From contig CAVTWS010000008.1 of NCBI GenBank assembly GCA_963738445.1, positions 51,764 to 115,763 of the forward strand: a stretch of DNA of 64,000 nt, read 5' to 3'. A program made the position numbers and the translations under genes. Positions 17,974 through 26,775 of this stretch are shown piece by piece (within the stretch, counting starts at the first letter, position 1; each line of letters begins with the position of its first letter). The notes beneath the pieces were generated by a model. That model was not told the DNA's origin, did no database searches, and saw only the letters and a program-made list of their open reading frames with translations. This DNA comes from an uncultured Acidobacteriota bacterium. GTDB lineage: Bacteria > Actinomycetota > Acidimicrobiia > Acidimicrobiales > SHLQ01.

Positions 17974-19020
17974 GTGTCGAGTCCCGTGCTGCAGGTCGTT
18001 CCGTTGGGTTCCCCACCGTGGCCCACGGTCGATCCGTTCCTGTTCTGCGTGCACCACAACGATGCCTACCCGGCCGGCAACGGCCGATTCGGCCCGTCCG
18101 ACCCCCTCGTCGGTCGGCCGCTCGGCAACGACTTCACCGGTCGTGACGGATGGAGCATGTACCACGGCCGGTCCGTGCCCGGCTTCCCGCAACACCCGCA
18201 CCGCGGTTTCGAGACCGTGACCCTGGCCCGTCGCGGCTACATCGACCACAGCGACTCGTTGGGGGCGACCGCTCGGTTCGGGCGCGGCGACGTCCAGTGG
18301 ATGACCGCCGGGGCCGGCGTCGTGCACTCGGAGATGTTCCCCCTGCTCGACGAGCACGGCCCGAACCCAACCGAGCTGTTCCAGATCTGGCTCAACCTGC
18401 CGCACGCCGAAAAGATGGTCGAGCCCCATTTCGCCATGCTCTGGGGGGACGACATCCCCCACCTGCCGGTGACGTCCGCCGAGGGTGCGACGGTGGGTGA
18501 CGTCACCGTCGTCGCCGGCGAGCTGTACGGCCTGGTGCCGCCACCCCCGCCGCCGCGATCGTGGGCGTCACGCCCCGACACCGACGTCGCCATCTGGGTG
18601 ATCGGTCTGGACGCCGGCGCGACCTTCACCCTGCCGCCGGCCCGGTCCCCGGAGGCGGTGCGCACGCTCTACCACTTCATCGGTGAGGGCGTGAGCATCG
18701 ACGGCGAATCGATCGGCCCGGCAAGCGCAGCCGTGCTCGACACCGGCGAACCCCACGACCTGCGGGCCGGGTCAGGCCCCGTGGAATGCCTCGTCCTGCA
18801 GGGACGCCCGATCGGCGAGCCCGTCGCCCAGCACGGCCCGTTCGTCCTGAACGACCGGGTCGGGGTCGAGCAGGCCTTTGCCGACTACCAGCGCACCCAG
18901 TTCGGCGGGTGGCCCTGGCCCGACGACGGCCCGGTCCACGGCGCCGAACGCCGACGCTTCGCTCGCCACGCCGACGGACGGGTGGAAGAAGCGCCGAGCG
19001 GAAGCCCGTCGCGGGCGTGA
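17974..19020 (+). CDS. Pirin-family protein
   Basis: HPHRGFETVTLARRGYIDHSDSLG...GDVQWMTAGAGVVHSEMFP is the cupin signature of pirins. Confidence 0.85.
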   Translation: MSSPVLQVVPLGSPPWPTVDPFLFCVHHNDAYPAGNGRFGPSDPLVGRPLGNDFTGRDGWSMYHGRSVPGFPQHPHRGFETVTLARRGYIDHSDSLGATARFGRGDVQWMTAGAGVVHSEMFPLLDEHGPNPTELFQIWLNLPHAEKMVEPHFAMLWGDDIPHLPVTSAEGATVGDVTVVAGELYGLVPPPPPPRSWASRPDTDVAIWVIGLDAGATFTLPPARSPEAVRTLYHFIGEGVSIDGESIGPASAAVLDTGEPHDLRAGSGPVECLVLQGRPIGEPVAQHGPFVLNDRVGVEQAFADYQRTQFGGWPWPDDGPVHGAERRRFARHADGRVEEAPSGSPSRA

Positions 19021-19817
19021 CCGATCCCGACGACCGCATCGTCATCAGCTCGGCGAACCTGCGTGACCTCGGTGGAGTCACCACCGTCGAGGGCCGCACG
19101 GTGAGGCGGGGTCATCTGTTCCGCAGCGGCTACCTCTCCGAGCTCGATGCATCCGAGCTCGACACGCTTGGCGCGTTGGGTCTTCGCACCATCGTCGATC
19201 TGCGTCGCCCGACCGAGGTGCAGCTCCGACCGAACCCCGAATTGAGCGGCGTGCGCCAGGTGCCGATCAGCGTGTCGGCCGACGACAACGAGTTCGCCGT
19301 CATCGCCGCCAGCATCACCGATCCCGACATGGCCGAACAGGCCCACGGCATCGCCTGCGAGTACTACCGTCAGTGCGTGGTCGACCGCATCGAGGCGTAC
19401 CGGCAGCCCGTCACCCTCGCCGTCGACGACGGCCGGCGCCCGCTGCTGTTCCACTGCACGGCCGGCAAGGACCGGACCGGTGTCGTGGCGGCCATCTTGT
19501 TGAAGCTGCTCGGCGTCGACGACGACACAGTCGTGGCCGACTACGTCCTCACCAACGAGGTTCGACGCGACTGGCTGGCCAGCCGGGAGCAGATGCACCG
19601 CGAGCAGATCGCCGCCCATCGCGGCATTCCGGTCGACGACGTGACCGACGGTCATCTGGTGTCGTCGAGGGCGGTGCTGCGGGCTGATCCCGCCTACATC
19701 CGAACCACGCTGGAGGCCGTGACCGACGGGTACGGCGACTGGCACGGGTTCGCCGAACGTGGCTTGGGCATCGGACCGCGGGCGCTCGACTCGTTCCGAA
19801 ACGACCTACTGGACTGA
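19017..19817 (+). CDS. Protein-tyrosine phosphatase family protein
   Basis: GTG 19017 overlaps the pirin stop (GTGA). The CX5R active site is HCTAGKDRTG, and NLRDLGG lies near the N-terminus. Confidence 0.8.
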   Translation: MTDPDDRIVISSANLRDLGGVTTVEGRTVRRGHLFRSGYLSELDASELDTLGALGLRTIVDLRRPTEVQLRPNPELSGVRQVPISVSADDNEFAVIAASITDPDMAEQAHGIACEYYRQCVVDRIEAYRQPVTLAVDDGRRPLLFHCTAGKDRTGVVAAILLKLLGVDDDTVVADYVLTNEVRRDWLASREQMHREQIAAHRGIPVDDVTDGHLVSSRAVLRADPAYIRTTLEAVTDGYGDWHGFAERGLGIGPRALDSFRNDLLD

Positions 19818-19840
19818 GTCGGCTCCCCCGAACCAGCCCG

Positions 19841-19865
19841 AACCCGGCGACGCCGTGGCCGGGTT
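19841..19865 (+). terminator. Hairpin downstream of the phosphatase gene
   Basis: AACCCGGC, a 9-nt loop, then GCCGGGTT (8-bp stem), 24 nt after the stop. There is no U-tract, which is common in high-GC actinobacteria. Confidence 0.3.
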
Positions 19866-19918
19866 GGTGACGACATCGCTAGCGTGGCAGTCCACGCACC
19901 CACCGAAGGACGACTCGC

Positions 19919-20476
19919 ATGAACCCACAGGTATTGGCGCAGACCCAGCAGATCGCCGCCGACCTCTTGGCCAACGTCACGGCGGCTCAGCTCGACCAGC
20001 CCACACCGTGCGCCCAGTGGAACGTGGGCCAGCTCATCGATCACATGATCGGCGCCCAGTACTGGGCCACCGCAGGCCTGACCGGCCAGACCATGACCGA
20101 GACCGGCGAGGGAGCCAGCGCGGGCGACTTCCGCGCCACGTTCGCCGCCGCCAGCCAGACCGCGCTGGCTGCCTTCAGCGAAGACGGCGCGCTCGCCAAG
20201 ACGGTGAACCCCGGCTTCGGTGACATGCCCGCCGCCGCGCTCCTCGGCCTTGCCGCCACCGACACCTTCACCCACGCATGGGACCTGGCCAAGGCCACCG
20301 GCCAGGGCACCAACCTGGCCCCTGAGCTCGCGGAGCAGCTGCTCGAGGGCTCCCGGCACGCCATCCAGCCGGCGTTCCGCTCAGACACCGGCGAGCTCTT
20401 CCGCCACGAGCAGCCAGCACCCGACGGCGCCGATGCGGCGACGCGGCTCGCGGCCTTTCTCGGCCGTTCCGTCTGA
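19919..20476 (+). CDS. DinB/mycothiol-maleylpyruvate-isomerase-like metal-binding protein (TIGR03086-like)
   Basis: The N-terminus ...LDQPTPCAQWNVGQLIDHMIG... and the 185-aa size fit this actinobacterial family. Confidence 0.7.
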   Translation: MNPQVLAQTQQIAADLLANVTAAQLDQPTPCAQWNVGQLIDHMIGAQYWATAGLTGQTMTETGEGASAGDFRATFAAASQTALAAFSEDGALAKTVNPGFGDMPAAALLGLAATDTFTHAWDLAKATGQGTNLAPELAEQLLEGSRHAIQPAFRSDTGELFRHEQPAPDGADAATRLAAFLGRSV

Positions 20477-20525
20477 CCACCGTTTCGAGACTCCGCCCGC
20501 ACCGACTCGACACCAAGGGGGGACC

Positions 20526-22280
20526 ATGGTCGAAGAATGGTTCAAGGACGACACACCGTCGACGTCGTTCCCGATCTACACGCGCGGCAACGCCGGGGAG
20601 GTGTTCCCGGATCCGGTCTCGCCGATCGCGGCCGACTACACGTGGACGGGGCCGGGTGACGCCGCCATGAAGGAGTGGCTCGACGGCTACACGATCGAGT
20701 TGCACGAGCTCGATCCCGGCCAGAAGGCGCTGTTCGAAGTGTTCGGCGGCCACATGTACATGAACCTGAGCGTGGCCCGGCTCATGGGAGCCCGCACACC
20801 GGGCATGACCGCAGCCGACATGGACGCCGCCTACTTCGGCACCGACAACAGCCTGCCCCCGCACGTGCCCCGTCCCCTCGACGACGACCCCGCCATCCGT
20901 CAGCGGTGCGCCGACAAGATGACGTGGTTCCTCACCCGCACCGAGATACCTGAGGTCGACGAACAACAACGTGAGGTCGACGCCATGGTCGCGGCCCGAC
21001 CCGACCTCACCGCGCAGCCCGAGGCCGCGTTGGTCGCCCGCATGCGGGAGATGAAGCCGTGGTTCCACCGCATCTTCGTCACCCACGCCATGGTGAGCAG
21101 TGGTGCCGGCATGACGATGGGGGCCCTGACCGGCCTGGCCGCCGCGTTCGGCCGACCGGGCCTCGATCTCGACGTCAGCAGCGGCCTCGGCGGGGTCGAC
21201 TCCGCCGAACCCAGCTTCCGGCTGTGGCACATGGGTCGGCTGGTGGCGGGCTCTGCCGCGCTCACCGCAGCCTTCGACGCCGGGCTCGACGGGCTCGAGA
21301 ACCGGTTGGCGGCCGTCGACAGCGCGGAGGCCACCGCGTTCCGGGCCGCGCTCGCCGGTTTCCAGGCCCGCTTCGGCGCCCGGGGCCCCAACGAGTGGGA
21401 ACCACGGTCGGCCACGTGGGGCACCGACACCGGCCTCGTGCTCACCCTGCTCGACCGCATCAGGCTCACCTCCGACAGCGACGACCCTCGTGCCCGGCAC
21501 GCCACCACCGCCGCACGGTCCCGGCAGGCGATCGAAGAGTTCCGCCAGTTGGTGTCGGTGAGCGAGGAGGCGGCCGGCACCTTCGAGCTGGCCCTCACCT
21601 CCACCAACGCCTTCATGCCCGCCCGCGAGCGCTCGAAGGACACCATCGTCAAGGTCATCCACGAAGTGCGCTTGGCCGCACTCGAGCTCGGACGTCGACT
21701 GGCCGCTGACGGCCGGCTCCACGATCCCCGCCACGTGTTCATGTTGGCCGACGCCGACCTCGACACCGCGGTGGCGGGCCCGACCTTGGCCGACGACGCG
21801 GCACGTCGAGAAGCGAACTACCTCGCCCTCGGCGAGCGGCAACCGCCGTTCGTCTTCGTCGGCGATCCCGGGCCGGTCACGTCGTGGGCGCGCAAGGACG
21901 CCGCACCGGCCGTGGCGCAGGCGTCACCCGGCGACGTGCTGACCGGCCTCGGTGGCTCCACCGGGATCGCGACCGGACGCGCCCGCATCGTGCTCGACCC
22001 TTCCGACCCGGAGGGACTCGAGCCCGGTGACATCCTGATCGCTCCCATCACGGACCCGTCATGGACACCGCTGTTCCTGTCGGCAGCCGGGGTCGTGGTC
22101 GACACCGGCGGCACCGTGAGCCACGCGGTGATCGTCAGCCGTGAGCTCGGCATCCCGTGCGCGGTCTCGGTGACGGGCGCGTCCGACGCCATTCCCGACG
22201 GTGCCACCGTCACCGTCGACGGCGCCGCCGGGACCGTCACCATCGTGTCCGTCCGATCTGGTCACGCCCAGGGGTCGTAG
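20526..22280 (+). CDS. PEP-utilising enzyme mobile-domain protein (no ATP-grasp domain visible)
   Basis: The start is at MVEEWFKDDTPS (ATG 20526). The C-terminus, GSTGIATGRARIV...GDILIAPITDPSWTPLF...GGTVSHAVIVSRELGIPCAV, is the swivelling phospho-His domain. Confidence 0.75.
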   Translation: MVEEWFKDDTPSTSFPIYTRGNAGEVFPDPVSPIAADYTWTGPGDAAMKEWLDGYTIELHELDPGQKALFEVFGGHMYMNLSVARLMGARTPGMTAADMDAAYFGTDNSLPPHVPRPLDDDPAIRQRCADKMTWFLTRTEIPEVDEQQREVDAMVAARPDLTAQPEAALVARMREMKPWFHRIFVTHAMVSSGAGMTMGALTGLAAAFGRPGLDLDVSSGLGGVDSAEPSFRLWHMGRLVAGSAALTAAFDAGLDGLENRLAAVDSAEATAFRAALAGFQARFGARGPNEWEPRSATWGTDTGLVLTLLDRIRLTSDSDDPRARHATTAARSRQAIEEFRQLVSVSEEAAGTFELALTSTNAFMPARERSKDTIVKVIHEVRLAALELGRRLAADGRLHDPRHVFMLADADLDTAVAGPTLADDAARREANYLALGERQPPFVFVGDPGPVTSWARKDAAPAVAQASPGDVLTGLGGSTGIATGRARIVLDPSDPEGLEPGDILIAPITDPSWTPLFLSAAGVVVDTGGTVSHAVIVSRELGIPCAVSVTGASDAIPDGATVTVDGAAGTVTIVSVRSGHAQGS

Positions 22281-22675
22281 CTGGTGCCGTTCGAGCGGGG
22301 AAGGATCTCGACGCTTCCACCTTCGGCCACCATCATCTCGATCAGGGCGGGATCTGCAGTGGCCAGCCGCGCACCACGGTCGAGAGCATGGGCGGCGGCG
22401 CAGCAGTCGGCAAGGCTGGCGGCCCGGGTCTGCCGGTGGTAGTGGTGCGCCCGTAACATCCCGGCCGAGGCGGCGACATCGGGGTCGAGGTCGGAGACGG
22501 TCGTTCCGGTGTACTGGATGTCGGCGATGACCTCGGTGGCCTCAAGACCGTGAACCCGGATGAAACGATCGACGAGCTCTGCGTAGTTCACCACATCGAC
22601 CACGATCTGCTCACCCGACAGCAGCAGGGCCTCGACCTGCGTGGCCGCCGGTCCGCCGTTCAGGTACGCCGCCAC
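22262..22675 (-). CDS. PIN-domain (VapC-like) protein; the N-terminal acidic residue is missing from the ORF as delimited
   Basis: 137 aa. VNYAELV (conserved Glu), SLADCCAAAHA (Asp) and LATADPAL (Asp) match PIN motifs. The ORF starts at a GTG just before AAYLNGGPAA. The in-frame upstream sequence (...CAADGGSTAYA) has no start codon back to a TGA inside the repeat array. The 3' end overlaps the convergent PEP-enzyme gene by 19 bp. Confidence 0.6.
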   Translation of the reverse strand: MAAYLNGGPAATQVEALLLSGEQIVVDVVNYAELVDRFIRVHGLEATEVIADIQYTGTTVSDLDPDVAASAGMLRAHHYHRQTRAASLADCCAAAHALDRGARLATADPALIEMMVAEGGSVEILPRSNGTSYDPWA

Positions 22676-22749
22676 GGCGTACGCGGTCGACCCCCCATCG
22701 GCGGCGCACGTCGGCCGGCAACGAGATCTGCGTTCCGTGTGACGACACT

Positions 22750-22845
22750 CAACTCACGGTGGGCACCTTCGGCGCCCACTTCAACTCACGGTGGGCACCT
22801 TCGGCGCCCACTTCAACTCACGGTGGGCACCTTCGGCGCCCACTT
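22750..22845 (-). repeat. Three perfect 32-bp tandem repeats, each forming a hairpin in the minus-strand RNA
   Basis: CAACTCACGGTGGGCACCTTCGGCGCCCACTT occurs at 22750-22781, 22782-22813 and 22814-22845. The minus-strand RNA GUGGGCGCC-GAA-GGUGCCCAC gives 9 bp including one G-U pair. Copy 3 encodes the C-terminus (KWAPKVPTVS plus stop) of the epimerase gene. Copies 2 and 1 lie downstream of it and 74 nt upstream of the PIN ORF. Confidence 0.95.
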
Positions 22846-23799
22846 GGGCTCCAGGTGGCCGTTGGCGATGAGCCAGGCGAGGGTGTCCCGGAGCGTGTCC
22901 GCCAGCGGACGCCACGTCCCCAGTCCGCTGTCGGCGAGGAAGGCGTCGTCGTCGCCGGGTCGGCAGCCGAGCATGATGTCGACCGCTTCCTTGTCGAGGT
23001 TCTGTTCCAACACCTCGGGTGCGGTGTGGGCGAGCTGACGCTCGACTCCGGACACGTCGTCGAGAAGAGCGGCAAAACCGTCCCAGGTCATGTAGTGCCC
23101 GCCGTTGAAGTAGCGACGCCCACCGAGACCCGGCCGGATCAGACCGGCGATGCCTGCGGAGAGGTCCCGGACGTCGTGGATGAGATAGCCGCCGGAGTCG
23201 GTGGTCATCATGTAGGGCGCCCCGGCCAGCTGGGCCAGCATGCCGTCCATCACGTTGAGCGCGAGGTCGATCGGGCCCATCACGCCGGACGGGTAGGTGA
23301 TCAGCACCGGGTGGCCCGCATCCTGGAGCGCACGGGCGTGGAGATCGGAGTCGACCTTCGAGTCGGTGTACGGAGCGCCCGAGTAGTGGACGTCGTCGTA
23401 CCCCGAGAACCGGTCCCCCGAGGGCGGGAACACGACCGACATGCTCGACACGTGCAGGATCGGGTCGCACCCTTGGGCGACGGCTGCGTCGAGGACGATG
23501 CGCGTCCCCGGGGCGTTGATCTCGAGCGCCTTGGGCATCTCCGCGGGATCGAGCGTGGTGAAGGCGGCGGCGTGGATGCAGGCGTCGGCGCCCTGGAGCG
23601 CGGCGACCACGGTGTCCGGCTCGAGGATGTCGCCCCGGACGCCCGTCACCTTCGTCGCGTCGGTGCCGTGGGCGGCGAGCATCTCGGCCAGCTTGGCTTC
23701 GCTCCGCACGAGGGCTCGCACCTCATGGCCGGCGGCCACCAACGCGTGCATGACGTGGCCGCCGAGGAACCCCGTGCCACCGGTGAGCATGACCTTCAT
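22813..23799 (-). CDS. NAD-dependent epimerase/dehydratase (extended SDR)
   Basis: The start is at MKVMLTGGTGFLGGHV (CAT 23797-23799). The Rossmann motif is GGTGFLG. 329 aa. The upstream part of ORF 22813..24003 is a spurious extension. Confidence 0.8.
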   Translation of the reverse strand: MKVMLTGGTGFLGGHVMHALVAAGHEVRALVRSEAKLAEMLAAHGTDATKVTGVRGDILEPDTVVAALQGADACIHAAAFTTLDPAEMPKALEINAPGTRIVLDAAVAQGCDPILHVSSMSVVFPPSGDRFSGYDDVHYSGAPYTDSKVDSDLHARALQDAGHPVLITYPSGVMGPIDLALNVMDGMLAQLAGAPYMMTTDSGGYLIHDVRDLSAGIAGLIRPGLGGRRYFNGGHYMTWDGFAALLDDVSGVERQLAHTAPEVLEQNLDKEAVDIMLGCRPGDDDAFLADSGLGTWRPLADTLRDTLAWLIANGHLEPKWAPKVPTVS

Positions 23800-23849
23800 C
23801 GCAATCCCCCTGTGGATCCGCCCGGCTCGGACGGTCACCCGGATCATAG

Positions 23850-23950
23850 GAGGCGCGCCGACCGGCAGGCCGACCCAGCAACCCCGAGGCGCTCGACCGG
23901 CGGGCCGACCCGGTGCACCCGAGGCGCACCGACCGGCAGGCACCCGGCAC
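23850..23950. repeat. Imperfect direct repeats of about 35 bp (roughly 2.8 copies) in the divergent epimerase/TetR promoter region
   Basis: The copies are GAGGCGCGCCGACCGGCAGGCCGACCCAGCAACCCC (23850-23885), GAGGCGCTCGACCGGCGGGCCGACCCGGTGCACCC (23886-23920) and GAGGCGCACCGACCGGCAGGCACCCGGCAC (23921-23950). Confidence 0.8.
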
Positions 23951-23987
23951 GCCATGGGATGTCGGGGCGCCACTACCCTGCGGAGCC

Positions 23988-24644
23988 ATGGCGCCGGCCG
24001 CAACGACCGAACCTCCGAGCACCCGGGACCTCCTGATCGACTCCGCGACGCGACTGTTCGCCGAACACGGTGTGGTCGAGGTTTCCCTCGCCCAGATCGT
24101 CCGAGCGGCGGGGCAGCGCAACACGTCGGCGATCCAGTACCACGTCGGCAGTCGCGACGATCTCCTCGTCGCCATCCTCGCTCCCCACGTGCGCACGCTC
24201 GAGCAACGCCGCCGGGCCCTGCTCGGTGATGCCGAACGAGCGCCCGACGACGACATCCGCTCGGTCGTCGAGGCTCTCGTGCGCCCGGTGACGGAGCTGG
24301 CCCTGCAGGGTTGGCGGGAACGGGCCTACCTCCGCATCGGACTCGACGTGAACACCCACGCCGACAAGGTCGGCGCCGAGGTCGTCGCCGTGATCACCCA
24401 GACCGCCAGCCGGCCCGCCTTCGCCCTGCTGCGGCGCCGGCTGCCGGAGTTGCCTCGGGCGGTGTGGGGCCTCCGGACCTCGGCGTGTGTCGGGTTCGTG
24501 GCGCAGGCCGCCGCCGATCGGGCGCGCGCCATCGAGGTCGATCCCGTGGCGACTCGGGCCGAGCTCGACGACGAGGCGTTCGTGGCCGCGCTCGTCGACA
24601 TGTACATCGGCGTGTTCACCGCACCGGTCACGTCCGGTCGATGA
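23988..24644 (+). CDS. TetR/AcrR-family transcriptional regulator
   Basis: The start is at MAPAATTEPPSTRDLLIDSATRLFAEHGVVEVSLAQIVRAAGQRNTSAIQYHVGSRDDLL (HTH). Confidence 0.85.
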   Translation: MAPAATTEPPSTRDLLIDSATRLFAEHGVVEVSLAQIVRAAGQRNTSAIQYHVGSRDDLLVAILAPHVRTLEQRRRALLGDAERAPDDDIRSVVEALVRPVTELALQGWRERAYLRIGLDVNTHADKVGAEVVAVITQTASRPAFALLRRRLPELPRAVWGLRTSACVGFVAQAAADRARAIEVDPVATRAELDDEAFVAALVDMYIGVFTAPVTSGR

Positions 24645-24684
24645 CCGGCGCCCGTGGTCGGACCTGACCGGACCGGGGCGCGTT

Positions 24685-25656
24685 GTGTACGGTCCGCCCG
24701 TGGCCACCGACCTCGTGCTGTCCGACCCGCCGACCGAAGCCGAGATGGAGGGTGCCTACCTCGCCCTACGCAACTGGGGACGCTGGGGCGTCGACGACGA
24801 GCGCGGCACCCTCAACCTGCTGACCCCCGAATGCCGGCAGCGGGGCGCCGCCGCGGTGGTCGACGGGCACGCCGTGAGCCTGGCCCACGACCTCGCCGTG
24901 ATGCCGACCGCCGAGAACCCGTTCCCGGCGCACCATCACATGGTCGCCGCCGGGGATGCCCGCGACAACAGCGGGCTGCCCGGGTACGAGGCCAGTCGCG
25001 ACTATGTGGGGTGCCACGTCCACGGGCTCGGCATCACCCACGTCGACGCCCTGTGCCACATGTTCGTGCACGGCGAGATGTACAACGGCGTGCCGGCCAG
25101 CGAGGTCCGCTCCGATGGCGCTCGCCGCAACACCGTCATGACGATGTCCGGTGGCGTGGTGGGTCGGGGCATCCTCATCGACGTGCCGCGATCCCTCGGC
25201 GTGGCGACGCTCGACGGGCACCGTGCCGTGCGACGGGCCGAGCTCGAAGCGGCGGAGGCGGCCGGCGGCGTGCCGGTGGCGCCGGGTGACATCGTGCTGG
25301 TCTCGACGGGCCGAGATGCCCGCCGACGCGATGCCGGCGGTGTCTTGAGCCCGGCCGGCGGCATGGCCGGCCTCCACCCCGAGTGCCTGGGCTGGCTGCG
25401 TGAGCGAGACATCGCGGTGCTCGGGAGCGACGGCATCTCCGATCCCATGCCTGGTGTGGGCACCCCGAACTGGCCGTTCCCGATCCATCAGATCGGCATC
25501 ACGGGGCTGGGCCTGCCCCTCATCGACAACCTGGCCCTTGGCGACCTGGCCGCCGCCTGCGCCGAGCGGAACCGGTGGTCGTTCCTGTTCACGATGGGCC
25601 CCCTCCGGGTGCCCGGGGGCACCGGTTGCCCCGTCAACCCCACTGCTGTCCTCTGA
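24685..25656 (+). CDS. Putative cyclase-family protein (kynurenine-formamidase-like fold)
   Basis: ...RNWGRWGVDDERGTLNLLTP... and HVHGLGITHVDALCHM, plus ...GILIDVP..., are typical of the cyclase family. The start is uncertain (GTG 24685 or 24700). Confidence 0.65.
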   Translation: MYGPPVATDLVLSDPPTEAEMEGAYLALRNWGRWGVDDERGTLNLLTPECRQRGAAAVVDGHAVSLAHDLAVMPTAENPFPAHHHMVAAGDARDNSGLPGYEASRDYVGCHVHGLGITHVDALCHMFVHGEMYNGVPASEVRSDGARRNTVMTMSGGVVGRGILIDVPRSLGVATLDGHRAVRRAELEAAEAAGGVPVAPGDIVLVSTGRDARRRDAGGVLSPAGGMAGLHPECLGWLRERDIAVLGSDGISDPMPGVGTPNWPFPIHQIGITGLGLPLIDNLALGDLAAACAERNRWSFLFTMGPLRVPGGTGCPVNPTAVL

Positions 25657-25670
25657 TCAAGGAGATCCCC

Positions 25671-26090
25671 GTGTCCGACACCGACACCGTCCGCTGGCTC
25701 GCCGACCGCGAGCACATCCGTGCCCTCCCCCAGCGCTACGCCCGGGCCGTCGACCAACGCGACTTCGACGCCCTGTCCGCGCTGCTCCACCCCGAGGGCC
25801 GCGTGAACGGCACCCGTGGTGTGGCGCTCGTACCCGACTACGTGGCTGGCATGCGCGACATGCCGGTGTCGTTCGAGACCAGCATGCACGTGCTCGCGGA
25901 CCCGCTGATCGAGCTCGCCGTCGGCGCCGACGAGGGGACGAGCGACTGCTACGCCGTCGTCTACCAGAAGGGCTCGGTGTCGGGCGGCGCCGACATGACC
26001 CTCGGGATGCGCTATGAGGACAAGGTGGTGCGATCGGGCGACACGTGGGTGATCGCGGAGCGCACCGCGACCATGGTCTGGATGGCCTGA
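25671..26090 (+). CDS. SnoaL-like / NTF2-fold protein
   Basis: GTG 25671 is preceded by AAGGAG. ADREHIRALPQRYARAVDQRDFDALSALL... is a SnoaL_4-type N-terminus. 140 aa. Confidence 0.65.
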   Translation: MSDTDTVRWLADREHIRALPQRYARAVDQRDFDALSALLHPEGRVNGTRGVALVPDYVAGMRDMPVSFETSMHVLADPLIELAVGADEGTSDCYAVVYQKGSVSGGADMTLGMRYEDKVVRSGDTWVIAERTATMVWMA

Positions 26091-26136
26091 GGAGTCGGCG
26101 GCTCGGCACGCCCCGTCAGGTTCTACGCTCGCCGGA

Positions 26137-26715
26137 ATGGACGACCGGCCCACCACAGTGCCGCCTCGGGTCGCCGAGATCGACCGCCGGGCCACCGAAA
26201 TGGGCGTCGACGGCACGTGCGACGCTCGCGTGGGTGCCCTGCTCCGGACTCTCGCGGCGACGGTCGGTGGTGGCCGCATCCTCGAGCTGGGCACGGGCAT
26301 CGGCATGTCGACCGCCTGGATGCTCGATGGCATGGACGCCGGGGCCCACCTCGTCACGGTCGAGCTCGATGCCGAACTGTCACACGCCGCGCAGCAGGCC
26401 CTCGGGCGTGATCCCCGGGTCACGTACCTGATCGGCGACGGGACGGCGATCCTGCGCGAGCTGAGCGTTGCCGAACCGTTCGACCTGATCTTTGCCGACA
26501 CCTGGCCGGGGAAGTACTGGGATCTCGATCTCGCTCTCGGTCTGCTCGCCCCTGGCGGCCTGTACGTGATCGACGACATGCTGTCGCAGCCGAACTGGCC
26601 TGACGGACACGGTTCGCGGGTCGCCGATCTGCTCACGCAGCCCGATGGACGGCCGGAGCTGATCGTCTCCCGAGCATCTTGGGCGTCGGGCGTCGTCGTG
26701 GCGGCGCGACGTTGA
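26137..26715 (+). CDS. Class I SAM-dependent O-methyltransferase
   Basis: ILELGTGIGMSTAWM is the SAM motif I. ...FDLIFADTWPGKY...GGLYVIDDM fits the family. Confidence 0.75.
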   Translation: MDDRPTTVPPRVAEIDRRATEMGVDGTCDARVGALLRTLAATVGGGRILELGTGIGMSTAWMLDGMDAGAHLVTVELDAELSHAAQQALGRDPRVTYLIGDGTAILRELSVAEPFDLIFADTWPGKYWDLDLALGLLAPGGLYVIDDMLSQPNWPDGHGSRVADLLTQPDGRPELIVSRASWASGVVVAARR

Positions 26716-26775
26716 GTGTGCCGCCCTTCCGCTGCTCGACGGTCGATGTCACACCCCCTTCGTAGTGTTCGGTGC

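Noticed and set aside
22750-22845. CRISPR array interpretation of the tandem repeats at 22.75, 12.0, 15.6, 23.9 and 62.5 kb.
   Set aside because: The units are directly abutting with no unique spacers, there are only 2-3 copies, and there are no cas genes in the window.
24685-26715. Treating the cyclase, SnoaL-like and O-methyltransferase genes (with the TetR and epimerase genes) as a natural-product biosynthetic cluster.
   Set aside because: There is no core biosynthetic enzyme (PKS, NRPS, terpene synthase or similar) in or near the group. These families are also common in ordinary catabolic contexts.
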